NCBI GenBank assembly: GCA_965644315.1
Contig: CBFFRQ010000072.1
Coordinates: forward strand, 1 to 54,175
Source: Caecitellus pseudoparvulus
Lineage: Eukaryota; Protista; Bigyra: Bicosoecida
Direction: 5' to 3'
Length of the DNA: 54,175 nucleotides
The notes under the pieces were generated by a model. That model did no database searches. It was not told the origin of the DNA and worked only from the letters and a program-made list of their open reading frames with translations. Below, piece by piece: positions 11,301-21,153 of this stretch. The stretch's first letter is position 1; each line of letters opens with the position of its first letter. Made by a program: the position numbers and the translations under genes.

Positions 11301-14300
11301 CTGCCTCGCGTGGGTCCGCACGGACCAATCGTTCCGGTGGCGCTGCTACCAGCGCCAGGACACGGGCACCGCACACACCTGGTGCAATTCCGGTATGCTG
11401 GAATGGCGCCTGTAACCAGCTTGGGGGGGAGCGGGGGCGTGTTTCCATCTGCCGGGAAAGTGCTTGCGCGCGGGGCGCAGGTTGAGGGGGGGTCCATCCC
11501 TCCTCCACCCCCCCTCCCGGACGGCTCAGGCGTGCTGTCACACCACCCCTTGCAGGTGTGGTGTGTTCTGCTGCCACCCCCCCCTGACACCCCTGACGCC
11601 CCCTGGCGAGTGGGCCCCCTCTTGCATGCCACCAGCGTCGCCTGGGCTGGGCCCGATCGCATCGCAGTCTTGAATGGCGAGTCAACCGCTTGCGTGGAGG
11701 TGGCGTGCTGGGCGCTGCAACGCCAGGCAGAGGCGCTGGCAGCACAAGTGCCGACTGGCGTGGACCTGGCCGCACTGGGGGGAGTGACCCTCGTGCACCC
11801 GGGACGCGATGTGCTGCCGCCGCCGCCCGCATCTGCAGGGGGGCGACTCGAGATCGTGCCCCTGACTCTGCAGGCAGCAGGTGCGTGCGTGAGCACGCAG
11901 TCGATTGCATTGCGCCCAGAGCCACCAACACAGCACAGTGCAGACCTCGGCGCGGCGGTGGGGGTGGTGGAGGAGGGGGATGACCCATTCGCACTGCCTG
12001 GCGCTGGGGGCGGCGCACATGCCACATCAGCCGCCACCAGTACCTTCGGGGACGACCCTTTCGCCTCTCCAGCCCCCCCCTCGATAGGAGAGGCGCCCAG
12101 CAGCACATTTGGGGATGACCCCTTTGCGTCGCCTGCGCCAGCGGCCTCGCCAGGTGCGAACGTGACAGAGGCCGCTTCTGCTGCGAGCTCGAGCCCGGCT
12201 GGCCAACCCGAAAAGCAAAGTGAACAGGAAAGCCCTGAGACTGTCCAGGTGCAGACTGCATCCGGCATGGCGTGTCTCGGGGCAGGTGTGACCCTGGCCA
12301 CAAGTGCCTTGTCGCTGCACGCCACGCCGCTGACGCAAACAAACGGAGATGGCGCCGTGCTGCTGCTGGAAACCGCCCTTGTGCGGGCCGGACAGCTGCG
12401 ATCTCGACTGCAGTTTTCAGACGGCGTCTCACGCGCAGTGCACCCTGTCACACCAGCGACAGCAGTACAGTTGAATGCGCGTGTGCGCTGCAGTGTCAGT
12501 AGCGTTGCGGACTTGGCAGCTGTGGGCAGCCAAAAACGAGGCGCCGCATCCGTGCTGCACACGCCCGACACCACCACTGCAGCAGCCTCACAACCTGCCA
12601 CCCTTGCCTGGTTGAGTGCTTGTGCGGCAGCGGCGGGTGTTGCTCACGCTGGCCACTTGGTGCTGCCTGGGTCGCAGACAAAGCAAGGCAGCGATGCAGC
12701 ATCCGCGTCTGCACCTGCAGCTGCCCCTGCACAGCTGCCCCGTGCTGCGGACGGCTTTGACGATTTCTTTGGCTTGTCACCAGCGGAGACTGCGCCCTCC
12801 ACACCGGCGGAAGTACCTTCCGAGGCAGCTCTGGATGCGGATGAGGACCTGCTGGGCGGCTTGGGCTTCGTGTCCCCCCCTCCACAGCCAGATGAGGGGG
12901 GGGGCGTGGACGACATCTTTGCCCAATCCCCGCGCCCGGCCGCATCAGAGCCCACACGACACGACCTTGAATCGCACGCCAGCAGCCCCCCCCCTCCCAC
13001 ACTGGACCTGCTGCCGGGCGAACGCCTCGTCAGCACTTCCTGGAGCGACTGCTCAGCTGCCCCCTGCACACTGCAGGCCGCATTTGATGCTCTCTCGCCA
13101 CTGCTCTGCCTCGTCACGACACAACGCCTGCTGCTGTGTGCGCCAGATCTGACTGTCCTGGCATCCTGGCGGCAGCCCTGCCATGCGCCCACCTTTGCAG
13201 CGCACGAGGGAGGGGACTACGCACAGAGGCGTGATGCGTTTCGAAACGCAGCACTGGATGCCGCGCTGCCGACGACCGTGCGGCACCTCACCGCCGCACC
13301 GCCCCCCGGGGCAAGCATGTCCCCCTTGACACAGAGCTTGGGGCGGGGGGTGAGGCGTGTTCCGGATGCCACGTGGCAGGAACACGCCCCCCCTATCGTC
13401 GCTGCAGCTGGGCGCACAGTGGGCAGCGCAGTGCACACCGCCGGCGGCAGCCCCCTTCCCAGCCACGTCTCAAGCTTGGACGTCTCCAGCACAGCCTGGG
13501 CTGGCTCCGCTCTCCTCTTCACCACTGGCTCTGGCTTCTTGCATGCGCTACTGGTGGACGGCTCCCTGCACAGCATCGGCAGCCTGCCTGCAATGGGCGG
13601 TCCCGCAACTATTTCCCACGTGGGCCCCGATCGCATCGTCGTGTTCCAGAACACCCCCGCAGCAGGTGCACGGGAGGACTCCTCCGCCCTCGCGCAGCAA
13701 GTGACTCGTGCGTTTCACGCAGGCCCCACCCTGGCAGCTGGCGCAGCCGCCCACGGCGCCCTGCTGAAACGACCCCCGGCTCCTCTGGGCCCATCGACAC
13801 CCCTTCGGGCAGTGGGAGCGCTGCTCTACGAAGGCCATGCGTTGGCATGTGTGGTGCGTTACACCCACCCCCACGCCGCAGGGGGGGGCTCACTAGGCTC
13901 ACCCCCCTCCGGGCGCCATGCTGGGTTCAGGCCCGCGGTGGTGCCGGTTGCCGTGCTGCGCACTCTGGTGCGTTCAGGCAGCGCCGACCTTGCTGCATTG
14001 GCACTGGGCGGCGCGCTGGGCGAGCCGCCGTCCCCGCCCAGGTCGCCGTTCTTCAGGGGCAATGTGTACAAGCCGCCACCTGTGCCCGCCACGGGGCCTG
14101 ACGATGACGGCGGGGGGGGGGGGCTGGAGGGTGGTGCTGAGTGGGACGCCGCCCTGACGGTGTTCTTGACTCCAGACGGAACACCCGTGGCCGGCGCCAC
14201 GGCGCACCTCGCTCTTGCAGCGTGTGCGCTGCGGGCCTCCCTGGCCCCGACCGAGCCCCTGCGCGACGCGTTCCTGGTCGCTGCACTGCACCTCGCGCTG

Positions 14301-17018
14301 CGACCTGCCCCCCACCTCGCAGCGTTTCTGGTACAGGGCGTGCAGGCGCTGTCACAAGCGCTGCCAAGCTCGCACGCAGTGTCTGCGGCGGACGTTGCCG
14401 CTGCCTTGGAAACGCACCTCGTCATTCCTGTGGACGGCTTGAACCCCCTGCCGCTGCCAGGCTCGCCACTTGCGACCAGCCTGTCGCACATCGCTCGACT
14501 AGCCACGTCCCTGGGCTCGCCCCACGTCGGTCGGCTGGCTGCAGACCTGGCGGGGGACGCCGAGGCTGCAGTGGCTGCGACCTGGTCGAGTCTGCTGGTC
14601 GCACGTGACGACCAGCCGGCCCTGCCCCTGGCCCCCCTGCTCGCCCTGCACAAAGCAGGGCACCCAGCCCTACTGGCCAGCATCGTTGCCCAGGCCGTGG
14701 CCATCGCACAGGAGGGGGATGTGGAGGCAGCAGGGGCGGCGTTCACGACATCCCCCCTGCAGTGTGGCCCCGTCAGCGCCGCAGCCCGGACGGCTGCCCT
14801 GCTCGCGCTGCAGGGACTGGACCCTGTGGCCGAGGCCGCATCCCGTGTTCTGGCCACGGCACAGGCGGAACACGGCGCGACATACGGCTCCCTGGCGCCA
14901 CGCACGTACTCACTGGCGCCAGTCGACATCAGAGGCACATCAGATGGGCCCACTGCCCCCCCCTCCCTCCTGCCGCCCATCACATCCCCGCTGGACCCCC
15001 CCCTGCGAGCGAAGGCCCCCGGGCCGCTGCCTGGCGCTGACCTGCCCCAAGTAGCCTTTGGCACAGTGCAGGCAATTCTCGGCACAGCCAGCCCTCAAGA
15101 CCCCACCATTGCTGCAGCGGCACTGGGAGGGGAGGGCGACGGCGGCAGCGGAGACACGGCAGGCGGGACCGGCGACGCGGGGGCTGACATCCTCGCCAAG
15201 TACGGGCTGGGCACTGCGACCAAGCAGGTCGCAGAACCCGACGCCGACGCACCTGCCGACCCCTTCGTCGCTGCAGGCGTCACCCTGCCGCCCCTGCCCG
15301 ACCCACTCTCCTTCCGGGAGGAGGAGGCGGTTGCTGCGTACTGGCGCTTTGAGAACCGGGTTCTGGCCGATGCTGCTGCGGCCGCTGCGGCATCTGGCGG
15401 GGGCATGGGCCGCAGACGTCGCCGACGCCGCCGCAAGCGAGGGGGCGGTGACAGCGACGAGGAGGATGGTGGTGACGGCCTGCCCGCCAACCCCGCCAAG
15501 CTGGCCCCCCCCGCCATGGAGAAAGCCGTGACACTGGTGGCTGACCTTGCGTCGGGGGGGCACCACGGTGTGGTCCTGAGCTGGCCGACCGAGGACAGTG
15601 ACTCCACTGGGGCGTCCCCTGCTGGGGCCACTGCCTCTCCTGAAGCGCTCGTCAAGGCGAACGGAGAGCGCGCCCTGCTGGCGTGGTGCTCGCAGTGCGA
15701 CGCGCCGTTCGACTACGGCGACCCAGGCCGCGTCGCTGAGCCGCGCTGCCTGACTGTGTCAGGGCGAGGTGGCAGCCCAGGCACCAACCGCTTGCCGTGG
15801 GGTGGAGTCGTGCTGCCCAAGGACGAGGGCCAACTGCGAGGTGCGCACACTGCGCTGGTCGCACGTGCCGACGGTGCATTCACACCCCACGGCGCCTGGG
15901 CTGCTGGGCTCGCGGCTTGGCTTGGGCGGCAGCCCAGCGGTATTGGCGGGGCAATTTCCGGCGGTATCGTGCCCGTGCGGCGGTTCTCACGACTTGACAT
16001 CGGGCTGCGACCCTGGCACGCCTGCACCGGCAGCTGGTGTGTGGAGGCGTGGGTGTGGGTGGCACCTGGCGGCGGGACAGACTCCGCCCCGGAGTCAGCT
16101 GACGCCTCCCCCACCCACTCTGACTCAGAGGACGACGGCCCGGTCTTTGTCCCCCCATCGCCCATGGACAGGCCCAGTGTGCTGCTGGCCCGCCTGGAGC
16201 CTGAGGGGGGTGCCGTGCCCCCCTCCGCCACCTCCCTGGCCTGGGCGCTTAGCGTGACTGCGGATGGGCGCCTGGCGTTCCATGCGGGGGGTGGGCCCAG
16301 CACCCCGCCTGTCGCGTCAGAGGCAGGCAAGGTGCAGTGTCGAGTGTGGCACCACATCGCAGTGGCTGTGGATGCGACGCCCCAGGCGGTGCAGGCAGGT
16401 CGCACGGCACTGGAGCAGTGCGTGGCTGACGGTGCGCCCACCACGCCCACACTGCGCGGCACCTCCCCTGCCCTGACAGTCACGCTGGTGCTGGATGGGG
16501 AGTCTGTCGCCACCGGCACTGTGCCTGCCCACGCCCCCCTCACGCCCCTGACTGACGACACCCTGGCCCAAGCGGAGGCCGCTCGCCCCCCCCCGCCCAC
16601 TGCTGACGCAGAAACCGCCACCTTGCCACCCACACAGCCTGCTTGCGAAGTGGACGGGGGTGCGCTGCTGCTGTTGCCTAACGCAGTGGGCGTGCGTGCC
16701 ACTGAAGTGCGTGTGTGGAACGGGGCCCGTTCCCCCGATGACGTCGCCAGCGGCAAGGATTTCGCGCTGGACTGTGCCGAGCAAAGGGCCAAACTGACAG
16801 TGAACATCGCTACACCAGCAGCGCCCCAGGCAGCTCTGGGAGGACCCACTGCCTCCCTGAGCACTGCCAACACCGCAGCGGCGCTGCAACCGCCGAGTGG
16901 CAGCAGTGACGCGCCCCCCAAGCGCAGTGGAGGTCTCCGTGGACCTGGCGGCGGGGGGCTGCGTGGACCGGGCTCGCGCCGTGGCCGTCGCGGCCGTGGA
17001 GGTGCAGCCGCAGACTGA
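8355..17018 (+). CDS. large WD40 protein resembling the TSET/TPLATE-complex subunit TWD40-1 (TTRAY), with DPF motifs and a C-terminal LamG/ConA-like domain; 5' exon(s) unresolved
   Basis: WD40 blades HITAASVHPTLPLVAAGTSDGMVTVW and ITTLQWHPSQPVLAG. TWD40-1-like block LLPGERLVSTSW...VTTQRLLL...AWAGSALLFT...ALLVDG...GPDRIVV. LamG signature SWCVEAWV...WHHIAV...LVLDGE...EVRVWNGARS. An in-frame acceptor CTCAG ends at 8354. Confidence 0.7.
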   Translation, partial: GDGSLFLAHGNTVDHVDAGTGARRRRFVSRVVSGIWRLALAASDGGQLFLCIIASNGQCELWDGVRGAFLAVTQLGASRSSADTPAPLSQVIGSAGHAHPVLLVAKGGSATLDVIGPHRVAANPASSGRMARLRAHTTSASAGHITAASVHPTLPLVAAGTSDGMVTVWFAAFLRQEVAGGERDPRNVRAGLTAVESPAGPTGRFEPLFVTTPLEQYLAHPKALKVHWAQQGVPGTGRGGSGLRGPGGVPSSDAPPPAATAAITTLQWHPSQPVLAGACAGGALGVWGVGLHDDAHFTLAAAHIGPWLSHLPPWAHRTAALEATLDSSRASPAKGAGRDLPPWAVVGVPGDTTQHCPVALAFGTGGATGGTLTIVSAPPISAHGFDCLIAACGTALLRGGVSVGGATALPRHLLHLLATGHLSASATSCSDPAAAAGWASARGDEAERPCVPNLPRLPEVRAFLRNAAAALSHLQPRAAVLSTMHPSLPPLRAGLPPPLPDMLATALGEAVAVALRAVSLVQRDGTLVPGADVSLPGMGSARDLPTDPRPGDDPVGGGRWGGRGGAYGRAALLRAAAALAHLAGDGDTDSSARATSFGDPPGAGSASPLASAATGAAIHSKAAWLAASRKPAHHALTLPAAARLALAAGGADSGRVKGGPTVTPPPDRCWRGWSCEEPPAVARAQWLQCNVGGHTAVLAFAGQLLVLRPAPSLPLPLLRHLCPAPPPSHALLPPPPPTPRPAPVELCDTTTPLTGAGGLFCHAPVVARPAPLSTDAVSGGWWAALPSLWPAPPPHTPPASTPWLEAAVQCLQRCGGGGGGTPPVHPSSGIPAALAAVLSARAGAPGHWQAVLDSRAFIDAVGALVAGDPSPIMPAGTPWTPELVKGVLEGGAADVLGDSESPSTLYIQARSVLAADTTGRPVFGPVFSVHARPVGGREGPAPGQPPPSSPPRPQGPPAPDGGSVDGDEALAGTVCKSRHLVWLPRVGPHGPIVPVALLPAPGHGHRTHLVQFRYAGMAPVTSLGGSGGVFPSAGKVLARGAQVEGGSIPPPPPLPDGSGVLSHHPLQVWCVLLPPPPDTPDAPWRVGPLLHATSVAWAGPDRIAVLNGESTACVEVACWALQRQAEALAAQVPTGVDLAALGGVTLVHPGRDVLPPPPASAGGRLEIVPLTLQAAGACVSTQSIALRPEPPTQHSADLGAAVGVVEEGDDPFALPGAGGGAHATSAATSTFGDDPFASPAPPSIGEAPSSTFGDDPFASPAPAASPGANVTEAASAASSSPAGQPEKQSEQESPETVQVQTASGMACLGAGVTLATSALSLHATPLTQTNGDGAVLLLETALVRAGQLRSRLQFSDGVSRAVHPVTPATAVQLNARVRCSVSSVADLAAVGSQKRGAASVLHTPDTTTAAASQPATLAWLSACAAAAGVAHAGHLVLPGSQTKQGSDAASASAPAAAPAQLPRAADGFDDFFGLSPAETAPSTPAEVPSEAALDADEDLLGGLGFVSPPPQPDEGGGVDDIFAQSPRPAASEPTRHDLESHASSPPPPTLDLLPGERLVSTSWSDCSAAPCTLQAAFDALSPLLCLVTTQRLLLCAPDLTVLASWRQPCHAPTFAAHEGGDYAQRRDAFRNAALDAALPTTVRHLTAAPPPGASMSPLTQSLGRGVRRVPDATWQEHAPPIVAAAGRTVGSAVHTAGGSPLPSHVSSLDVSSTAWAGSALLFTTGSGFLHALLVDGSLHSIGSLPAMGGPATISHVGPDRIVVFQNTPAAGAREDSSALAQQVTRAFHAGPTLAAGAAAHGALLKRPPAPLGPSTPLRAVGALLYEGHALACVVRYTHPHAAGGGSLGSPPSGRHAGFRPAVVPVAVLRTLVRSGSADLAALALGGALGEPPSPPRSPFFRGNVYKPPPVPATGPDDDGGGGGLEGGAEWDAALTVFLTPDGTPVAGATAHLALAACALRASLAPTEPLRDAFLVAALHLALRPAPHLAAFLVQGVQALSQALPSSHAVSAADVAAALETHLVIPVDGLNPLPLPGSPLATSLSHIARLATSLGSPHVGRLAADLAGDAEAAVAATWSSLLVARDDQPALPLAPLLALHKAGHPALLASIVAQAVAIAQEGDVEAAGAAFTTSPLQCGPVSAAARTAALLALQGLDPVAEAASRVLATAQAEHGATYGSLAPRTYSLAPVDIRGTSDGPTAPPSLLPPITSPLDPPLRAKAPGPLPGADLPQVAFGTVQAILGTASPQDPTIAAAALGGEGDGGSGDTAGGTGDAGADILAKYGLGTATKQVAEPDADAPADPFVAAGVTLPPLPDPLSFREEEAVAAYWRFENRVLADAAAAAAASGGGMGRRRRRRRRKRGGGDSDEEDGGDGLPANPAKLAPPAMEKAVTLVADLASGGHHGVVLSWPTEDSDSTGASPAGATASPEALVKANGERALLAWCSQCDAPFDYGDPGRVAEPRCLTVSGRGGSPGTNRLPWGGVVLPKDEGQLRGAHTALVARADGAFTPHGAWAAGLAAWLGRQPSGIGGAISGGIVPVRRFSRLDIGLRPWHACTGSWCVEAWVWVAPGGGTDSAPESADASPTHSDSEDDGPVFVPPSPMDRPSVLLARLEPEGGAVPPSATSLAWALSVTADGRLAFHAGGGPSTPPVASEAGKVQCRVWHHIAVAVDATPQAVQAGRTALEQCVADGAPTTPTLRGTSPALTVTLVLDGESVATGTVPAHAPLTPLTDDTLAQAEAARPPPPTADAETATLPPTQPACEVDGGALLLLPNAVGVRATEVRVWNGARSPDDVASGKDFALDCAEQRAKLTVNIATPAAPQAALGGPTASLSTANTAAALQPPSGSSDAPPKRSGGLRGPGGGGLRGPGSRRGRRGRGGAAAD

Positions 17019-17119
17019 CGCTCCCTGCGGCCCCCCAAACGTGAATGCACACACAGCCCAGTTTTAGATTGCATGCACATGCTTGCATTGCGCTGGGAAT
17101 CTGATTCCACACTCCGACC

Positions 17120-19927
17120 TCAGCCCAGCACTCCCAGTGCCGCCTGCGTCACGCCAGCACCTGCCGTGACGAGAAACGCTGCCCCCACGTGGCGGGACTT
17201 CCAGTAGCTGTTGTGGGCGCGCGTCGCAGCGTACAGCTCACTGGAGCGGGCCAGGATGCCGCTGGGCTGCACCTCCACATCCACTGCGCCGCTGACGGCG
17301 CCTTGCAGTTGGCCGGCTGCCACGTGCAACCCTTCCAGAGCGGCTGCCGAGTGGGGCTGCTGCGCAGAGGTGCGACGGGGGGGCAGAGGCGGTGCTACGG
17401 CTGCACTAGGTTCACTGGATGGCACGCTCAGTGTCCCAGGAGGTTTCGTCCCGCTGCCGGCTGCGGCGACGGGGTGACTCCGGCCACAGCCACACCTCGC
17501 AGCGGTGTGCATGGCCATGGCCGCTTCGCGCACACGCTCATCCAGTTCGCCCACAGGCAGGGCAGGCGGCCCAGCACTGACACTGCCGTGCGGCATGACT
17601 CTGCCTTCCTCTAGCGCCTTCACACTCGCATCTGCCTGGTCCATGAGACGGCGGGCGAGGGTAGCAGCCTGCGCCTCGCCCTCAGCCACAAGCGCCTGCC
17701 GCACAGCGGCACCAACGTGCAACAGGGGGTTCAAGCGCTGTGCGACGGGGTCGCAGCTGTTGTACACATTCAACAGCCATGGCCGAGTGTCCTGTGCAGG
17801 CCCCACGCCCGGGTCCAGCGCTGGCGGGAGCCGGAACACGCGGGAAAGGGCTTCCGACACCGCCGCCGCGGAGAGTCCCCGCGCAGTGAGGAACAGTGAG
17901 ACAGGCGAGCCCATCAGCATCGTACCGGTGAGAGGGATGATGCTGGGGATACACGGCACGCCTTCGGAGGACCAGGCTACCCCAGGGATGGCCTGTGCAG
18001 CTGGCTGTGGTGCAGAGGTGGAGGCGGCCGCTGCCACCGCCGTCCCCTGCAGCAGGCTGTCGCCACACGACATGTCTACAGCCAGAACACCGCCCAGGGA
18101 GTGCCCCACCAGCGTCACTTGGCCTGGGCATGGCACATGCAGTGCACCCCGACTCCCCAACAATAGTGCTGGCCGCCCCAGCATGAACAGGCACCAGCTC
18201 CGTAGTAGCTGCGTGGCGGCGTGGCGGCGCAGCGCTCCCCCCACATGTGGGCTGGTGTACGTGGCAGCCGTAAAGCCTTGCCGGAACAGCATGGACCTCA
18301 GGCTGATCAAGGACTTGCTGGAAGTGATGAGGCCCAGTGCGCTCTGCTGCTCGGCGTTTGCGACCTGCTCCGTCACCTCGGCGTCCTCGCCATCGCTCGG
18401 AGTCAGGGGGGGCAAGTGCAGGTCCTTGCGACCGCTGTACCACGCCACGCCCACCCCCTCAAACCCAGAGCTGTGCACAGTGCACCTGCTCACAGCATCA
18501 GCCCCACCCGCCTTACCTTGTGCGACAGACGAGTCCAACCCCGCGGCGTGTGCCAGAGCGCTTGCGGCAGCTGTGGCCTGCTGGCTAGGACCAGCCCACA
18601 ACGGCAACTCTGCAGCGCACCCAGCTCGTTCCACGGCAATGGTGAAACGCGCACACTTGCGCCGCATGCCAGAGGATGAGTGGGCGCCTGTCCCGTGCAG
18701 TACCAGGGCCACTGTGCGGGGTGCGCCCAAGTGCAGGCGTACTAGACCGTCACCCGCTGCGTCCGCCCATTTCGCCAGTCGAAGGCGTGTCTCACCCGCC
18801 TCGGCACTGTCCACACCCCCGCTGGGCACGGTGCCACGCGAGAGGTGGTGTGCAGCACGGGCGAGTCCTTGCAGCAACGGCTCCCGCCTCTCCTGTGTCG
18901 CCCCACTGGGCACTTCGCACACGCCGAGCGCCAGCAACGCACTGCGACCTGCCTGCGTCAGGCACGCCGGTCGCACCCATGCCCGCCGTCGCACAGTGGC
19001 CTGCACTTCCCCCGTCACATTTGCCGCTGCCCGAGACACCGCCTTGCCAACAGCACGCGTCACGGACGAAAACAGCCCCCCCCCGCCGCCAGAGGCCCGC
19101 CGTGGGCGTGCGGAATCTGCTCCCGCCCCCTCTGCCCCCCCTGGCGTGTCGGCGGCGTACTCTCGGTCGGCACGTTTGCCGATGGCTGCCAGCTGTGGAG
19201 GCGTGGTCAGTGTGGCGGACCGGCTCCACCCAGTCTTCACATCTGGAGGTGCGGCAGAGCTGTGCGCATGGCGGTCCGAGGGGGGGATGTACCAAGCTGG
19301 AGGAGGGGGGTCGGACCCCCCCTCCCGCGGGACGCTGTGCAGCACCCCCCCTGTGCTCTCATCCAACCACTCTGACAGCGCTGGTGCTGGGCAGGGGGCG
19401 TTCCCGGGGGCCTCTGCACTCCAGTCGGCGGCGTACTCCCACCCCCCCCCCAGCCGGGTATGGGGGGCCCTCGCCACGCGCCAGGCACTGCCCGGGCACC
19501 ACTCCCACCACATGCAGCTACGCAGCGCATGTTGAACAGTCTCCGGAGCAGTAGCTTCCTTGATATCTGCAGTTTCCGCGGTGGTGGTGGTGACATAGAG
19601 TGGGAAGGTCGCAACCAAAACAGCGTTGCAAGATTCGTGCACTGCAAGGCAGTCGAGCAGGGGGAAGGGGCGAAGGATGCACTTACGTGCACCATGAGCT
19701 GCCACCATGCTCGTCAGAAGCAACGCGTGCAGCGGTTGCTCGGGGCTGGGCCCGCAGCCGTCAGGCGTGTCAGGGTTTGCCGTGCCGCAGCGAGCCAGGT
19801 GAGGCAGCGGCAGCTGCCGCAGCTCGTCACTGGCAAAAGGGGCCTCAACAAAGACGGGGCACCATTTCTTCAAGCTGGAGTTCCATTCCTCGTGCTCCCA
19901 CACTGTCACAGCTCCCACAATGTCCAT
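17120..19927 (-). CDS. DDHD-family phospholipase A1 with N-terminal dysferlin (DysF/peroxin)-like domain
   Basis: Lipase motifs VLHGTG, VGHSLGG, MLMGSPVSLFL, NVYNSCDPVAQRLNPL and AHNSYW. DysF-like motifs VWEHEEW, WEW...W, GGWEYA.DW and VRRRAWVR. First ATG at 19927. Confidence 0.75.
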   Translation of the reverse strand: MDIVGAVTVWEHEEWNSSLKKWCPVFVEAPFASDELRQLPLPHLARCGTANPDTPDGCGPSPEQPLHALLLTSMVAAHGARKCILRPFPLLDCLAVHESCNAVLVATFPLYVTTTTAETADIKEATAPETVQHALRSCMWWEWCPGSAWRVARAPHTRLGGGWEYAADWSAEAPGNAPCPAPALSEWLDESTGGVLHSVPREGGSDPPPPAWYIPPSDRHAHSSAAPPDVKTGWSRSATLTTPPQLAAIGKRADREYAADTPGGAEGAGADSARPRRASGGGGGLFSSVTRAVGKAVSRAAANVTGEVQATVRRRAWVRPACLTQAGRSALLALGVCEVPSGATQERREPLLQGLARAAHHLSRGTVPSGGVDSAEAGETRLRLAKWADAAGDGLVRLHLGAPRTVALVLHGTGAHSSSGMRRKCARFTIAVERAGCAAELPLWAGPSQQATAAASALAHAAGLDSSVAQGKAGGADAVSRCTVHSSGFEGVGVAWYSGRKDLHLPPLTPSDGEDAEVTEQVANAEQQSALGLITSSKSLISLRSMLFRQGFTAATYTSPHVGGALRRHAATQLLRSWCLFMLGRPALLLGSRGALHVPCPGQVTLVGHSLGGVLAVDMSCGDSLLQGTAVAAAASTSAPQPAAQAIPGVAWSSEGVPCIPSIIPLTGTMLMGSPVSLFLTARGLSAAAVSEALSRVFRLPPALDPGVGPAQDTRPWLLNVYNSCDPVAQRLNPLLHVGAAVRQALVAEGEAQAATLARRLMDQADASVKALEEGRVMPHGSVSAGPPALPVGELDERVREAAMAMHTAARCGCGRSHPVAAAGSGTKPPGTLSVPSSEPSAAVAPPLPPRRTSAQQPHSAAALEGLHVAAGQLQGAVSGAVDVEVQPSGILARSSELYAATRAHNSYWKSRHVGAAFLVTAGAGVTQAALGVLG

Positions 19928-21153
19928 GTGGTGACTGTCGCCCTGTTGTGGCAAATTCAGCGAAACGCCTGCGAAACGTCGATCGATTGATCGGGACCTA
20001 GGTGCGCGCAGTGAGCGCAGTCAGCATTTGGTGCAAAGCATTCACACAGATTTAGAAAGTTTTTGGATGGATTTTTGAAATGTACACAAGCTGACGTTTT
20101 CTCAGCAGATGAATCGAGGAGGATTTGAACCAGAGATCCGCACGTCGACTGGGGAATCAGGTTGCAGTATCAGGCACTTATCGCGCCTGGACGCACAGGG
20201 GGCGTCGGAAGTGAGTTTCGGGAGACGAGGGCGGAGGCTGGGCCCAGCAGTGGAGTCCTGCGCGCAGTGGCGTGAGGGAAGTGAAACCTCCTGCACCTCC
20301 ACCGAAGTCCAAGCGATTTTGCCGACAGCCGCTTGGCCGTCAGGCGTAGCCACGGGCATGACACCCAATTTGGGAGTTACGAATGCCTGCATGCGCGATT
20401 TCATTCCATGTGTGCCCTGCATCTTGCCCAGGGGAAGCTTTTGTGCCGAGCCAGGCTGCCGCACCTGGTTGCCGCACGCTGCCGCAAGGCCATGGGAATC
20501 TACAGGAACAGCGTGCCCTGCGAGCGACGTCTTCACGTCACGGTCAAAGGCAGAACGGCAATCGTGTGTACTGCTTCACTCTCGCCGTTTCCGGGCGAGA
20601 GTGTGGGTCTTCTTTGTGAGAGTCGCGACTCGTGACCCACGCATAGGTGCGGCGACCCCTGGGTCCAGCATGGAGACACTCGAGACCAGAAGAGGCAACA
20701 TCTGCTGTTGTTTTATGACACCAGTCAGTAACGAGTGAGGATGGGGCGCAGTGTGCGCAGCTTGGCCTGAGCCGAGCTTGACCGGCGCTGATGCGCAGCA
20801 CGTCGTTCACCCACGTCGCAGTTTGCCCCCCTGCGCTCACCTGGGGGACACACGATCGTCCACGTTGCCTGGGATCATGCGTTTTCACTTTTCAAGCTAA
20901 ATTGACACCATATCGTATCCAGTCCACCCTGCCATGGCACTTGGCGAGCCAGGAAACACCGGACCGTGAGAAACGCCTTGCTGGGTTTTCCCAGCGGCAG
21001 CCTCGACGCGCCTGCACCTGACGCCTTCGCGCACTCGCCTGCAGAAACCGGTTCAAGACAAACTACGCCCGAGTTGCAACCCCTCCGGAACCAACCCATA
21101 TCTCCTACAAGCACCTCTACTTGGCCTACCACGGCCTCGTGCAGCCAACAGCC

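Noticed and set aside
20000-21100. ORFs of 100-209 aa between the divergent lipase and lectin genes
   Set aside because: No motifs or consistent coding signal. Treated as intergenic, although an unrecognised small gene cannot be excluded.
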